Positions 16,080-24,289 of a DNA stretch of 47,391 nucleotides are shown piece by piece (the first letter of the stretch is position 1; each line of letters starts with the position of its first letter). Location of the stretch: positions 1-47,391 of IMG/VR virus record IMGVR_UViG_3300034069_000585; one strand, written 5' to 3'. Position numbers and translations under genes: made by a program. This DNA comes from a virus. The notes under the pieces are model-generated. The model made no database searches. It was not told the origin of the DNA and saw only the letters and a program-made list of their open reading frames with translations.

Positions 16080-16324
16080 TGGGCGATATGGGCGATATGT
16101 ACCGCGACATGAAGGAAATGCAGAAGCTGGAGCGCGAACGACTTGGGGTGCGCTGCTCGAAGTGCATCAGCGAACAGCCAAGGCGGCAACCGACGATCCT
16201 TTTGCCGGGTCGGGTCTGCAAGGTCCATAAGCCTTGGTATCGCGACCCTCGCCCGAAGCCGACAAACGAGGAGTGGAACAAGGCGATGGAGGGAACAGGG
16301 TGGACACAGGGGCCGACGCCATGA
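16079..16324 (+). CDS. hypothetical protein (81 aa)
   Basis: TAATG overlap with the recT stop. Starts with a 9-bp tandem repeat, atgggcgat x2 (MGDMGDM). Confidence 0.5.
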   Translation: MGDMGDMYRDMKEMQKLERERLGVRCSKCISEQPRRQPTILLPGRVCKVHKPWYRDPRPKPTNEEWNKAMEGTGWTQGPTP

Positions 16325-16593
16325 CCGACCAGTCCCCAGCGGCGCTATTCCAGCGCCGCGACCGGCTTGCGGCGGAGTTGCGCGAGGTGGACGCCTGCCT
16401 CGACGCGGCCCGCCGCAGGTGGAGCGAGCAGCAGGGCTATCTAATGCCCGTGCGATCTGAGGTGTTCAGACAGGAGGTGGAGCATGATCGGATATCTACG
16501 GCGCAAGCTGGCGCTCTGGCGGATGCATCGCCGGATCAACGCGGCGGAGGCGGCCCACGGGCCGGCAGTCGACCGCATCCTCGACGCCCGTGA
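16321..16593 (+). CDS. hypothetical protein (90 aa; only the first ~55 codons look selected)
   Basis: ATGA overlap at the start. GC3 is about 85 percent over 16321-16380 and falls to about 55 percent where it overlaps the next gene. Confidence 0.45.
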   Translation: MTDQSPAALFQRRDRLAAELREVDACLDAARRRWSEQQGYLMPVRSEVFRQEVEHDRISTAQAGALADASPDQRGGGGPRAGSRPHPRRP

Positions 16594-16717
16594 TCGGCTG
16601 GAAATGATGGCGGAGGAGCGGCGGAACAGTCCGGCGATCCGCCAGTATCGGAAGCGACGCGCGGCGGCGATCAAGAACCGGCCGCCGCGCCCGCCACGGG
16701 TCAGCCGGCGCGCTTGA
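16484..16717 (+). CDS. hypothetical basic protein (77 aa)
   Basis: Strong Shine-Dalgarno AGGAGGTGGAGC before the ATG. GC3 is about 95 percent over 16501-16560. Confidence 0.6.
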   Translation: MIGYLRRKLALWRMHRRINAAEAAHGPAVDRILDARDRLEMMAEERRNSPAIRQYRKRRAAAIKNRPPRPPRVSRRA

Positions 16718-16871
16718 CGATCTGCCGCAGGGCTTCGGCCTCCAATGCCTCCCCCAGCGCTTCCTTGGCGGACGCTGGGGTTATTTTTTCCTTCGCCGCT
16801 GCCTTTCCGAGCGCGGGCAGGACGATGCGCTTGAGGGCGAACCGGGCGATGATGCCGATGGGCAGTTTCAT
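16701..16871 (-). CDS. small protein at the end of the lysis cassette (56 aa)
   Basis: MKLPIGIIARFALKRIVLPALGKAAAKE... ATGA overlap with the upstream stop. Its 3' end overlaps the convergent plus-strand gene by 17 nt. Confidence 0.45.
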   Translation of the reverse strand: MKLPIGIIARFALKRIVLPALGKAAAKEKITPASAKEALGEALEAEALRQIVKRAG

Positions 16872-17179
16872 GCGCTCTTGCCTCCCACCACGACAGCGAT
16901 GCTGTCGTCGACGTGATCGGCGATCTGCGCCGTCGTCTGCTTGGCACGGAGCGACAGCAGCGCCCGCCAGCCGCTCGCCAAGATCGGCAAGGCGATAGCG
17001 AGGAACGTCGCGCCGTCCGACGACTGGAGCCATTGCAGGATTGCGGTGAGGTCGTGCGCTCCAATCAGCTTGATCAGGATCGGCAGCGCGGCGGCGATGA
17101 CCAGCACGTCACGCGCGAGGGTGCCGGCGATGGCCGGCCCGGCGCTGGCATTGACGACGATCGGGGTGGGTTCGGTCAT
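16868..17179 (-). CDS. membrane protein of the lysis cassette (holin-like, 2-3 TM)
   Basis: 103 aa with AAGGAA Shine-Dalgarno. Hydrophobic helices VLVIAAALPILIKLIG and FLAIALPILASGW. Immediately downstream of the endolysin. Confidence 0.6.
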   Translation of the reverse strand: MTEPTPIVVNASAGPAIAGTLARDVLVIAAALPILIKLIGAHDLTAILQWLQSSDGATFLAIALPILASGWRALLSLRAKQTTAQIADHVDDSIAVVVGGKSA

Positions 17180-17197
17180 GATCGGTTCCTTTCGCTC

Positions 17198-17803
17198 CTA
17201 TGCGCTGTATCGCGCGGCCTCTGCGGCCCGGCGTCGGGTCAGCCCCGCCATCACCTTGCCGTCATTCTTGTTCCAGGCGGCGAACTGCGCCTTGGCAGCG
17301 GCATAGTCCCCGGCGAGGTGACGGCGCAACAGAGTGCTGTCTCCCAAGCCCTCGGCCTTGCCGTTGTTGTTCATATCGAGGCCGACGTTGTAGGCGAACG
17401 ACACCAGCGCGTCGAACTGACCTTGGGTGGCAGGCTGGCCCCGCAACAGCATGTTCACGCCCACCTCGACATCGCGAAGATCGCGGGCGAACAGCCGGTC
17501 AGCCTTCTCGCGCGTCCACACAGCGCCGAGCGGGATCGGTCCACCATTCTCGTCGCGCGTCGTGCCCCAGCCGTTCGTGACCGGCTTGCCGTCCTTGCTG
17601 CCGGGGTCAGGGTAGGATTTCAGCTTGAGACTTTCGAAGCTGTGGATCAGGTCAATACCCGCTTGACTGGTCGTCATGCCCGCGCGGCTGGCGGCGGCTA
17701 CGGTAGCGCCCACAGCGCGGTTGATCAGGTCCACGTCGGCTTGCGCCAGGGCGGAGCCCTTCACCTTGCGGATTGCGTCAAACAGGGCTTTGGGGTCGGT
17801 CAT
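17198..17803 (-). CDS. endolysin, GH24 (T4-lysozyme-like) muramidase
   Basis: IDLIHSFESLKLKSYPD...TNGWGTT...QFDALVSFAYNVG is the GH24 catalytic and fold signature. Confidence 0.85.
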   Translation of the reverse strand: MTDPKALFDAIRKVKGSALAQADVDLINRAVGATVAAASRAGMTTSQAGIDLIHSFESLKLKSYPDPGSKDGKPVTNGWGTTRDENGGPIPLGAVWTREKADRLFARDLRDVEVGVNMLLRGQPATQGQFDALVSFAYNVGLDMNNNGKAEGLGDSTLLRRHLAGDYAAAKAQFAAWNKNDGKVMAGLTRRRAAEAARYSA

Positions 17804-18312
17804 TCGTTCACTCCTCGCACGTTCGCCAGCCGGGCAAGGGCATGGCTGAATGGGTCTTCCGCGCCTAGCGCAGATGCCGCCAGCCCGATCAGCTCGCGGC
17901 TCTGGCCCACCGCCGGATTGCCGGGCGCGGCGGCCTCAAGCGCATTGGTCGACGTGACGGCGGCGTTCATCAGGAACGACATGGCCTGCCCCAGGCGGGA
18001 CAGGCGCTCCTCCATTCGATCGAACCGCGCCTCGACAGCCGCTTTCTCGGTCGCGATGAACTCGGCGGCGGCGGCCTTGTCGGCTGCGTCGGCGGCTCGA
18101 TCTTCGCGCTCGGTTTCGGCTCCGGACTTCTTCGCTGCCGCCCATTCCTTGATGTATTCGGGACCGCGCTTGACGATCCAAACAGTTGCGATGGCGACCT
18201 GAATTAGCAGAATGCCCCAGATGCCATAGCTGCTCGGCGACCACCCGTGGATCGCTACCGGCACCAGTTCCTCGGCCGCCTTTGCAGCCGCTGGTTTCGC
18301 GGCCTCAAGCAC
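17800..18312 (-). CDS. TM plus coiled-coil protein (i-spanin-like architecture, unusually placed upstream of the endolysin)
   Basis: 170 aa with GTG start. One TM helix (IWGILLIQVAIATVWIV) followed by a charged helical region. Confidence 0.55.
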   Translation of the reverse strand: MLEAAKPAAAKAAEELVPVAIHGWSPSSYGIWGILLIQVAIATVWIVKRGPEYIKEWAAAKKSGAETEREDRAADAADKAAAAEFIATEKAAVEARFDRMEERLSRLGQAMSFLMNAAVTSTNALEAAAPGNPAVGQSRELIGLAASALGAEDPFSHALARLANVRGVNE

Positions 18313-18592
18313 TGCGGCGGACAGTCGAGCAGACGATCAGCATGTAGAGGCCGGCCGCGAAGGCGAACACCTGACACACCAACAGCGCGTCATTGTCGCC
18401 GGGCGCGAACGTCTGCGTCGCCGAATAGGTCAGCCGGTTCAGGCAGAGCAGCCACACCGCCGACATGACGCGCTCGCTCGGTTGCGCCGCGCTGCCCAGC
18501 CGCAGCGACTTGCGAAACGGCTTCCATAGGTACACCAGCAGCGCCACCCAGAGCAGACTAGTCAGCACCCGCATCACCTCCACTGAGTTCAT
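18305..18592 (-). CDS. small membrane protein (holin candidate)
   Basis: 95 aa with 3 predicted hydrophobic helices. ATGA overlap with the upstream stop. Confidence 0.6.
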   Translation of the reverse strand: MNSVEVMRVLTSLLWVALLVYLWKPFRKSLRLGSAAQPSERVMSAVWLLCLNRLTYSATQTFAPGDNDALLVCQVFAFAAGLYMLIVCSTVRRSA

Positions 18593-19053
18593 AGATCGCC
18601 CTTTCCAGCGCGCCCCAGCATATCAGCAGGATGTGATACGCTCCGATCAACGCTATAATAGCGCCGATGAAGCGCATAAAGGTAGCCCCCTGTTAAAACG
18701 ACGAGTTGCCCCCACGCCGTATATGACAATTGCCAGTAATAGGCCCACTGCGGCACTTCACCTTGATCAGTGAAGAACCCGTAATGCGCGTGCGCTATCA
18801 GTTGGATTGCGTAGATCGCAACGACGAAAATCTGCGTACGCGTTCGCCGCATCGCGAATATCGCAATCGCGGAAAGGTAGTCCGTGATCGTTGAGAACAG
18901 CCATGGGAAAGGATCGCCTGAGAACCATCCCATGAAAAGATTGGCGGACCAGTTGGCGAGCAGGATCGCCACTGTTCCCGTCAGCCATTTGCAGTCGGAA
19001 ACGAGGCCGACGATCAGCAGCATCAGCATGGCCGACAGGAACAGCAGCACCAT
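18589..19053 (-). CDS. polytopic membrane protein (154 aa, 4-5 TM), lower GC than surroundings
   Basis: MVLLFLSAMLMLLIVGLV... The first ATG is at 19053 and a GTG lies at 19056. The stretch is AT-richer than neighbouring genes. Confidence 0.6.
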   Translation of the reverse strand: MVLLFLSAMLMLLIVGLVSDCKWLTGTVAILLANWSANLFMGWFSGDPFPWLFSTITDYLSAIAIFAMRRTRTQIFVVAIYAIQLIAHAHYGFFTDQGEVPQWAYYWQLSYTAWGQLVVLTGGYLYALHRRYYSVDRSVSHPADMLGRAGKGDL

Positions 19054-19063
19054 CACCTACCCC

Positions 19064-19180
19064 TTACTTCGGGTCTTTCGGGGGCGGCGGGGGAGGCGGC
19101 GAGGTGTTGCCGCTGTCGGCGGTCTGGAAGCCGCCCTCCCCATTCTTCGGCTCGTGGGCCGGCTTCGGCTTGTCGGTCAT
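19064..19180 (-). CDS. small proline-rich protein (38 aa), first ORF of the lysis operon
   Basis: Not in the ORF track because it is under 60 aa. GGAGGA Shine-Dalgarno, 6 nt, then ATG. MTDKPKPAHEPKNGEGGFQTADSGNTSPPPPPPPKDPK. 35 of 38 codons end in G/C. Confidence 0.5.
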   Translation of the reverse strand: MTDKPKPAHEPKNGEGGFQTADSGNTSPPPPPPPKDPK

Positions 19181-19308
19181 GGCAGTCCTCCGTTGATGGA
19201 GGCGCAGCTATATCAGGGTTGCAGCCGTGTCGTCAGCGGGTAAAACGAGATGCGGGGGCGTTACCAGCGCCGCCCGCACTCTGACCCTCTCGTTTGGATG
19301 GAACGATC

Positions 19309-19797
19309 ATGGCTGCTCACCGCGATATTCCCCTGCTGCCTCGCGTGCAAGCGCGGTTCCATGCGCGCGTTGATAAGCGCGGGCCGGATGATTGTTGGGA
19401 GTGGCAGGGGTGCGTGGATAGCCACGGATACGGTAGGATATGCTTTCATCATGAAAAGCGACCATACAACGTAGGCTTGCATCAAATTGCCTTAATGGAC
19501 GCAGGGGTTGATAGGTCTAAGGGCGCGGGAGCGCTTCATTCGTGCGACAACCGGCTATGCTGCAATCCTGCCCACCTGAGATGGGGAACGCCCATGGACA
19601 ATCGGCGCGACGCTATGGAACGTGGACGCGTTGCGCAGGGGGAAACGCAGGCCCTAGCCGTTCTCACAGTTGATGCGGTTCGGGAAATACGGTCGGCGAG
19701 TGATAGTGTTTCCACGCTTTGCGCTCGTTATGGTGTGTGCGAGACCACAATATACAGCGTGCTTAGAAGGAAAACGTGGAAGCATATATCTGACTAG
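19309..19797 (+). CDS. free-standing HNH homing-type endonuclease
   Basis: 162 aa from ATG 19309. CWEWQG...GYGRI...HSCDNRLCCNPAHLRWGTPMDN plus a C-terminal HTH-like tail. GC is clearly lower. Opposite strand to all neighbours. Confidence 0.8.
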   Translation: MAAHRDIPLLPRVQARFHARVDKRGPDDCWEWQGCVDSHGYGRICFHHEKRPYNVGLHQIALMDAGVDRSKGAGALHSCDNRLCCNPAHLRWGTPMDNRRDAMERGRVAQGETQALAVLTVDAVREIRSASDSVSTLCARYGVCETTIYSVLRRKTWKHISD

Positions 19798-20552
19798 TTC
19801 CAGTCCCACATTGACAAAGACCACTTTGAATTGCGGGGGTCTATGCGCTCATAGGCCTCCAGCTTCCGCAGATTTCCCCAGTGTATCCGCTCGTTCAGCC
19901 CCTCCGTCTGCGCCGGGTTCTCGACCATCAGGAACGATCGCGTCGTGCGGAGTCGCTTGACGATCTGGAATAGCTGGCGGCGCTCGGCGTCCTGCAAATC
20001 GCCGAACGACCACTGATAGCCGGTCGTCGCCACGCCCTCGTCAATGCCGAAGCCGCCGCCGAACAGGCGCTCGACGCTGCCGGTGTCCTCGATCAGGCCG
20101 CCGCCGCCGCGCTCCTCGCCGTATTCGGTTTGGAAAGCGAGGCCATAGGCGAATGTGCCAACGTTGAAGCCGGCCCCGTTGCCATTGATCACCACGCGCA
20201 GGAACGCGGCGGACACGGGGGCGGCGAGCCGTGCCACGGTATGATATGGCGGGCCGTAGCCGGTCGGCTCCATCGACACGTTGCCGGTGTAATTGCCCGT
20301 TACGGTGCCGCCGATACCGTCGATTGCCTGGAACAGCGCAACCGCACCGCTACCTGCCGGTGCGCCGTGATAGCCAATGTAGAAGGTGTCGAAAGTGACG
20401 GTTCGCCCGAATGCTAAATCGAAGGATACGCCTACCTGATTGGCGGGGACGGCTATCGCCTCTTTCGGGTTCGGCGTGATCAGGCGGGACGCAGCCGCAC
20501 CGCTCGTTTGCGCTATGGGCTGCGGCTCTACAATTAGAATGCCCCGGCCCAT
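19794..20552 (-). CDS. tail-tip associated protein (252 aa)
   Basis: Last gene of the tail block, with a TAATG overlap upstream. The FLRVVINGNG...FAYG segment resembles a discoidin/galactose-binding-like sandwich. Confidence 0.55.
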   Translation of the reverse strand: MGRGILIVEPQPIAQTSGAAASRLITPNPKEAIAVPANQVGVSFDLAFGRTVTFDTFYIGYHGAPAGSGAVALFQAIDGIGGTVTGNYTGNVSMEPTGYGPPYHTVARLAAPVSAAFLRVVINGNGAGFNVGTFAYGLAFQTEYGEERGGGGLIEDTGSVERLFGGGFGIDEGVATTGYQWSFGDLQDAERRQLFQIVKRLRTTRSFLMVENPAQTEGLNERIHWGNLRKLEAYERIDPRNSKWSLSMWDWN

Positions 20553-20914
20553 TACAGCGCCTTCAAAACGGTAAGCGTAGTCACCTGTGCGCCATCGCTT
20601 TCCGACGCACCGACCACGAACACATTGGCCCCGCCCTCATAGCCGAGCCGATCGCCATCCATCCGCACGCATTGCCCGATCAGCCCGCCGAGCAGCCCCG
20701 GCACCGTCACGACATCGCGCACCAGCGGGCCTTGCAGCGCGGCGGCCTGCGCAGTCGCCACAGTCCGCGCGTCGGCCTGCGTCGCGAGCGGCGTGATCAC
20801 GTCGCTGTCGCCGGCCACTGCGGACCACTTGCCATCCGCCCCGGCGACGGTCGCGCTGACATATCGCGCATCGGATTTCAGCCATGATGCGAAGGCAGGA
20901 TCGACCGTTGCCAT
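20552..20914 (-). CDS. tail-associated hypothetical protein (120 aa)
   Basis: AAGGAG Shine-Dalgarno before ATG 20914. Confidence 0.55.
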   Translation of the reverse strand: MATVDPAFASWLKSDARYVSATVAGADGKWSAVAGDSDVITPLATQADARTVATAQAAALQGPLVRDVVTVPGLLGGLIGQCVRMDGDRLGYEGGANVFVVGASESDGAQVTTLTVLKAL

Positions 20915-20976
20915 GTCGGCTCCTTGGGCGGTTGACGATGCGCCTTAATCGCGCATTCGAGGCGGCGCGGCAATGG

Positions 20977-21576
20977 TCAGGACGTGGGCCATGTGCGCGC
21001 GTCGAAGATGGCCTTTTGCGCAGCGGGGGTCGTGGCGGCTCGCATCGTCCGTTTGAGCTTCTGCGCGCGGGCGGCGATCTTTTGTGTCAGCGCCGTCCGC
21101 TTCATCGCGTCCTCATAGCGGGTGATGACCGTTGGCAGGCTCTCGCCGGTTTCGTCGCTTTCCGCCAACGCCCAGGCGAACCGCTGCCGCGTCTCCGTGC
21201 TGGTCAGCGACGACAGGATTGATGCCACCAGCGTTGCCGACATGCTGCGGTAGTCCCGCACCTCGCGCGCCTTGTTCGCGTACTCGTATTTTATCTCCTG
21301 CCCGGTGGTAAGCAGCGGGCGCATCAGCATGGTTCGCTCGTCGTCGATCATGTCGAGCATGTTTTGCAGCACCTGCGCGGCCGTCGCGGTCGCCTGTGCC
21401 ATCGCCACGAACGCGCCGGTCGCACGATTATATTGCATCGTGCCGGGCGTGAAATTCGTGTTCGATAGCACCGTGCTTCCGCCGGGAGGCGTGTTCAGGG
21501 CAAGGTCGCGCTGATCGGACACGTCGACATAGCTGACGAGGATGTTGCTCGCGTCGAGCTGGGCATAGCGGGGCAT
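20977..21576 (-). CDS. tail-associated hypothetical protein (199 aa)
   Basis: TAATG overlap with the 900-aa gene. Possible fibre accessory or assembly role, judged by position only. Confidence 0.5.
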   Translation of the reverse strand: MPRYAQLDASNILVSYVDVSDQRDLALNTPPGGSTVLSNTNFTPGTMQYNRATGAFVAMAQATATAAQVLQNMLDMIDDERTMLMRPLLTTGQEIKYEYANKAREVRDYRSMSATLVASILSSLTSTETRQRFAWALAESDETGESLPTVITRYEDAMKRTALTQKIAARAQKLKRTMRAATTPAAQKAIFDARTWPTS

Positions 21577-24278
21577 TATTTTTTGAACTCCGACACGAAG
21601 ATGGTTCCGTATTCGATCAGGTGCGGGTCGCCGCTGCCATAGCCATTGTTCGCGCCGATGCTAGCAGTAAACGTCATCTGACCAGACCCCAAATCTTGCC
21701 GCGCTATCAGGAAACTGAACCCGATCGGGCTTCCGCGCTGCCCTGACACTTTGACGTTAGTCGCAAGCACAGTCTGGCCTACCGCGACGGTCAGCAGGGC
21801 TTGTGTGCCGGCTGGCGCGAGTGATCCAAGCGTGACGATACCGCCAACGTCGACGCGCACCATGCCGCCGCCGTACAGGTTGATGCCAACGTATGCGAAC
21901 TGCACAGATTGCGTCGAGAACGTCGCGCTGCCGTTGGTCTGCCCGACCGTGCCAGTGATCGCGTTGTTCTTGACCTTGATCGTGTCGACTTCAAGGTTGC
22001 CAATATTGGCATTCAGAACCACCAGCTCAGCGATCTGCGCGCTTCGAGTGATTAGATTTTCCGAAAACAGGTCGCCGCCAACCTTATTCCACTGCCCGTT
22101 GAGCCAATACCAGTAGACCTTAGACGTAGGCTGATACCACGTCTGGCGGTCGAACTGACCGGGGCCGGGGTTGGTGTCCTGCACGAAGCCGAAGGGTGGA
22201 GGCCCCGGCGGCCCGGTCACGCTCGCGCCCTTCGCCCCCGTTGGCCCAAAAGCGATGTTGCTTACCTGTGCGCCCGGCGTCGTAAACGCGCTGTCGATGA
22301 ACAGGGTTAGGCCGGGGGTGGCGGCGTGTTCGAAAACCACCGTGCCGTTATAGAGATAGCGGACCTTTTCGTTATCGTAGTGTATCTGGAAAAGGCCGCC
22401 CGAGGTCTTGTCGATGGCAGTGTAATTCGAACCCTCACGAATGCCGAACGTGGCCTTATTCGGCTCGAATATGTCGAACTGAAAAGCGAAAGTCAGGCTC
22501 GACGCCAGCGGATCGAAGTTAGGGTTTGTGCTTAGGCCGAAGGCGAATGAACTGTTGCCGTTGGGGACCGTGAACGAGACGATTGCCCCGCTGTTGTAGG
22601 AGTTGGTGCTGACGACAGAGGCATAATCGCCCGGCGCGGCGGTGGCCGATTTCCCGGCCGTATTGCCCGAGGTCACGCCGGCGAACTGTGTCACCAGCGT
22701 AAAAGCGTTTGTGCCGTCCGCGCCCTTGCGACCGGTGATCGCTGCCGTGAAGCCCTCCAGCGCCGCCAATGCATCGCGCCACTTCTGGCGATAGGTCGGC
22801 CCGTCAATCGGCGTATCAACGGTCGTGTCGTTCCATACCGGTGACAAGCCGCCGAGATACGTATCGAGCGCGGAGACAGCCGCATTGGCGCTATCGCGCG
22901 TCGCGGTCAGGTCGGACGGCGAGCCGAGCGCCACGTATTTCTGATTGAGCGCGTTCAACTGGTCGTGCGACTGCTGCCAGCGGATAATTTCGGGCGGCTT
23001 TTCACCACGCGACAGGATGCCGTCGCTGACGATCGCGTCGATCGTAGACAGGATGTTGCCGACCGTAATCTTGAGGTCCGCGCCAGTCGTGCCGTCAGGG
23101 AACAGCACATCGGTCGCGAGGATCGCGGCGCTGATTTCGGACGGCGAATGAATGCGGTTGTTCCGCTGGAAGCCGACGCGCCGGGTGCGCAGCGGCGGAA
23201 ACATCACCTCGCGCTTGATGGTGTCGGCGGTCAGATTGGCGGTGGGCGTGTCAAGGTTGAAGCGGCGGAACGTCAGCGCGCCGGCCCCGTCGACCGTCCA
23301 AGAGATCAGCAGCGGGTTGAGCAGCCGGTCGATCGCCTGCGCGGCGGTTTCGTTGCTGTCGGATACGAGGATGCCGGATGCATAGTTTGCCCAGCCGGTC
23401 GCGACCGGGAGATTGGCGACGGTGATGCCGGTTGCATATTTGCCGGCGATCAGGGCGGCGAGGTCGGCGGGCGACAGGTTGTTGCCATAGCTGCCGATCA
23501 AGTCGGCCGTCAGCGGCCCCACAGGCGTCGTCCACCACTTCACGCACGCAATCGACGGTGCGACGACCGCGCCCCCCTGCGGTGCGGTAGCGTTGCGAAG
23601 GGCGGTCAGCGTTGCCGCCGCCGATCCTTGCCACGGGACGGAGGTCAGCGGCCCCGCGAGGCCCTTGTCGCGCACGGCGTCTATCGTCGTGACAGCGTTC
23701 GGTGCGGTCGGATCGCCGAACTCATAGATGCTGTTCGCCTTGTCGAGCAGGAAGCCCTCGACGTTGAACACGCGCCCGAACGCGACGCGTTTGACGCGGC
23801 CTGTGGCATCGTCGCCGCCTTCCAGATCACCCGTGCCGGCGAACGTCTTGGAAGCGATCGGCGTATCGAGTGACACGGACAGGTCAGAAACAGTCAACGT
23901 GATCGCGCCGCCTTCCGACACCGCCGAGGATACGGTGCCCGCCAGCACGACAGGATATGTCGTAGCCGTCTCGTCATCGCCCATGCGGACGGTGATCGCG
24001 GCCTTGTCCCACACCAGCCCGCCGAGATACGACGCATAGGCTTTGTCGCTGGGGAAGATGCGCAGGCTGGCAGTCGAGGGGAGCGTGCGGCTGGTGAACC
24101 CGCCGGCGTCGAAGCCGATCGCTGCCGACATGCGCGGCACCGTAGCCACGCCGCCCCGCCAATCGCCAAACCCAAGTTGATCGTAGGCGCGCGATCCGCC
24201 ACCCGCCACCCGTACGTCCACCGTCGCTCCTGTCGCGGCGATGCGGGGTTTCGCTTGGACAAGAACGACGGTGGTCAA
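21576..24278 (-). CDS. tail tip / host-specificity protein (900 aa)
   Basis: Follows the tape measure directly. TTG start with AGGAGA 7 nt upstream. The C-terminal half contains a lectin-like block and a GPPGPPP stretch. Confidence 0.7.
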   Translation of the reverse strand: MTTVVLVQAKPRIAATGATVDVRVAGGGSRAYDQLGFGDWRGGVATVPRMSAAIGFDAGGFTSRTLPSTASLRIFPSDKAYASYLGGLVWDKAAITVRMGDDETATTYPVVLAGTVSSAVSEGGAITLTVSDLSVSLDTPIASKTFAGTGDLEGGDDATGRVKRVAFGRVFNVEGFLLDKANSIYEFGDPTAPNAVTTIDAVRDKGLAGPLTSVPWQGSAAATLTALRNATAPQGGAVVAPSIACVKWWTTPVGPLTADLIGSYGNNLSPADLAALIAGKYATGITVANLPVATGWANYASGILVSDSNETAAQAIDRLLNPLLISWTVDGAGALTFRRFNLDTPTANLTADTIKREVMFPPLRTRRVGFQRNNRIHSPSEISAAILATDVLFPDGTTGADLKITVGNILSTIDAIVSDGILSRGEKPPEIIRWQQSHDQLNALNQKYVALGSPSDLTATRDSANAAVSALDTYLGGLSPVWNDTTVDTPIDGPTYRQKWRDALAALEGFTAAITGRKGADGTNAFTLVTQFAGVTSGNTAGKSATAAPGDYASVVSTNSYNSGAIVSFTVPNGNSSFAFGLSTNPNFDPLASSLTFAFQFDIFEPNKATFGIREGSNYTAIDKTSGGLFQIHYDNEKVRYLYNGTVVFEHAATPGLTLFIDSAFTTPGAQVSNIAFGPTGAKGASVTGPPGPPPFGFVQDTNPGPGQFDRQTWYQPTSKVYWYWLNGQWNKVGGDLFSENLITRSAQIAELVVLNANIGNLEVDTIKVKNNAITGTVGQTNGSATFSTQSVQFAYVGINLYGGGMVRVDVGGIVTLGSLAPAGTQALLTVAVGQTVLATNVKVSGQRGSPIGFSFLIARQDLGSGQMTFTASIGANNGYGSGDPHLIEYGTIFVSEFKK

Positions 24279-24289
24279 GGCGCTGTCTC

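Noticed and set aside
20915-20976. Hairpin ATGCGC-7 nt-GCGCAT between tail genes, considered as a terminator
   Set aside because: The stem is only 6 bp and there is no T-tract on the coding strand. The next gene has a strong AAGGAG just downstream, so read-through is more likely.
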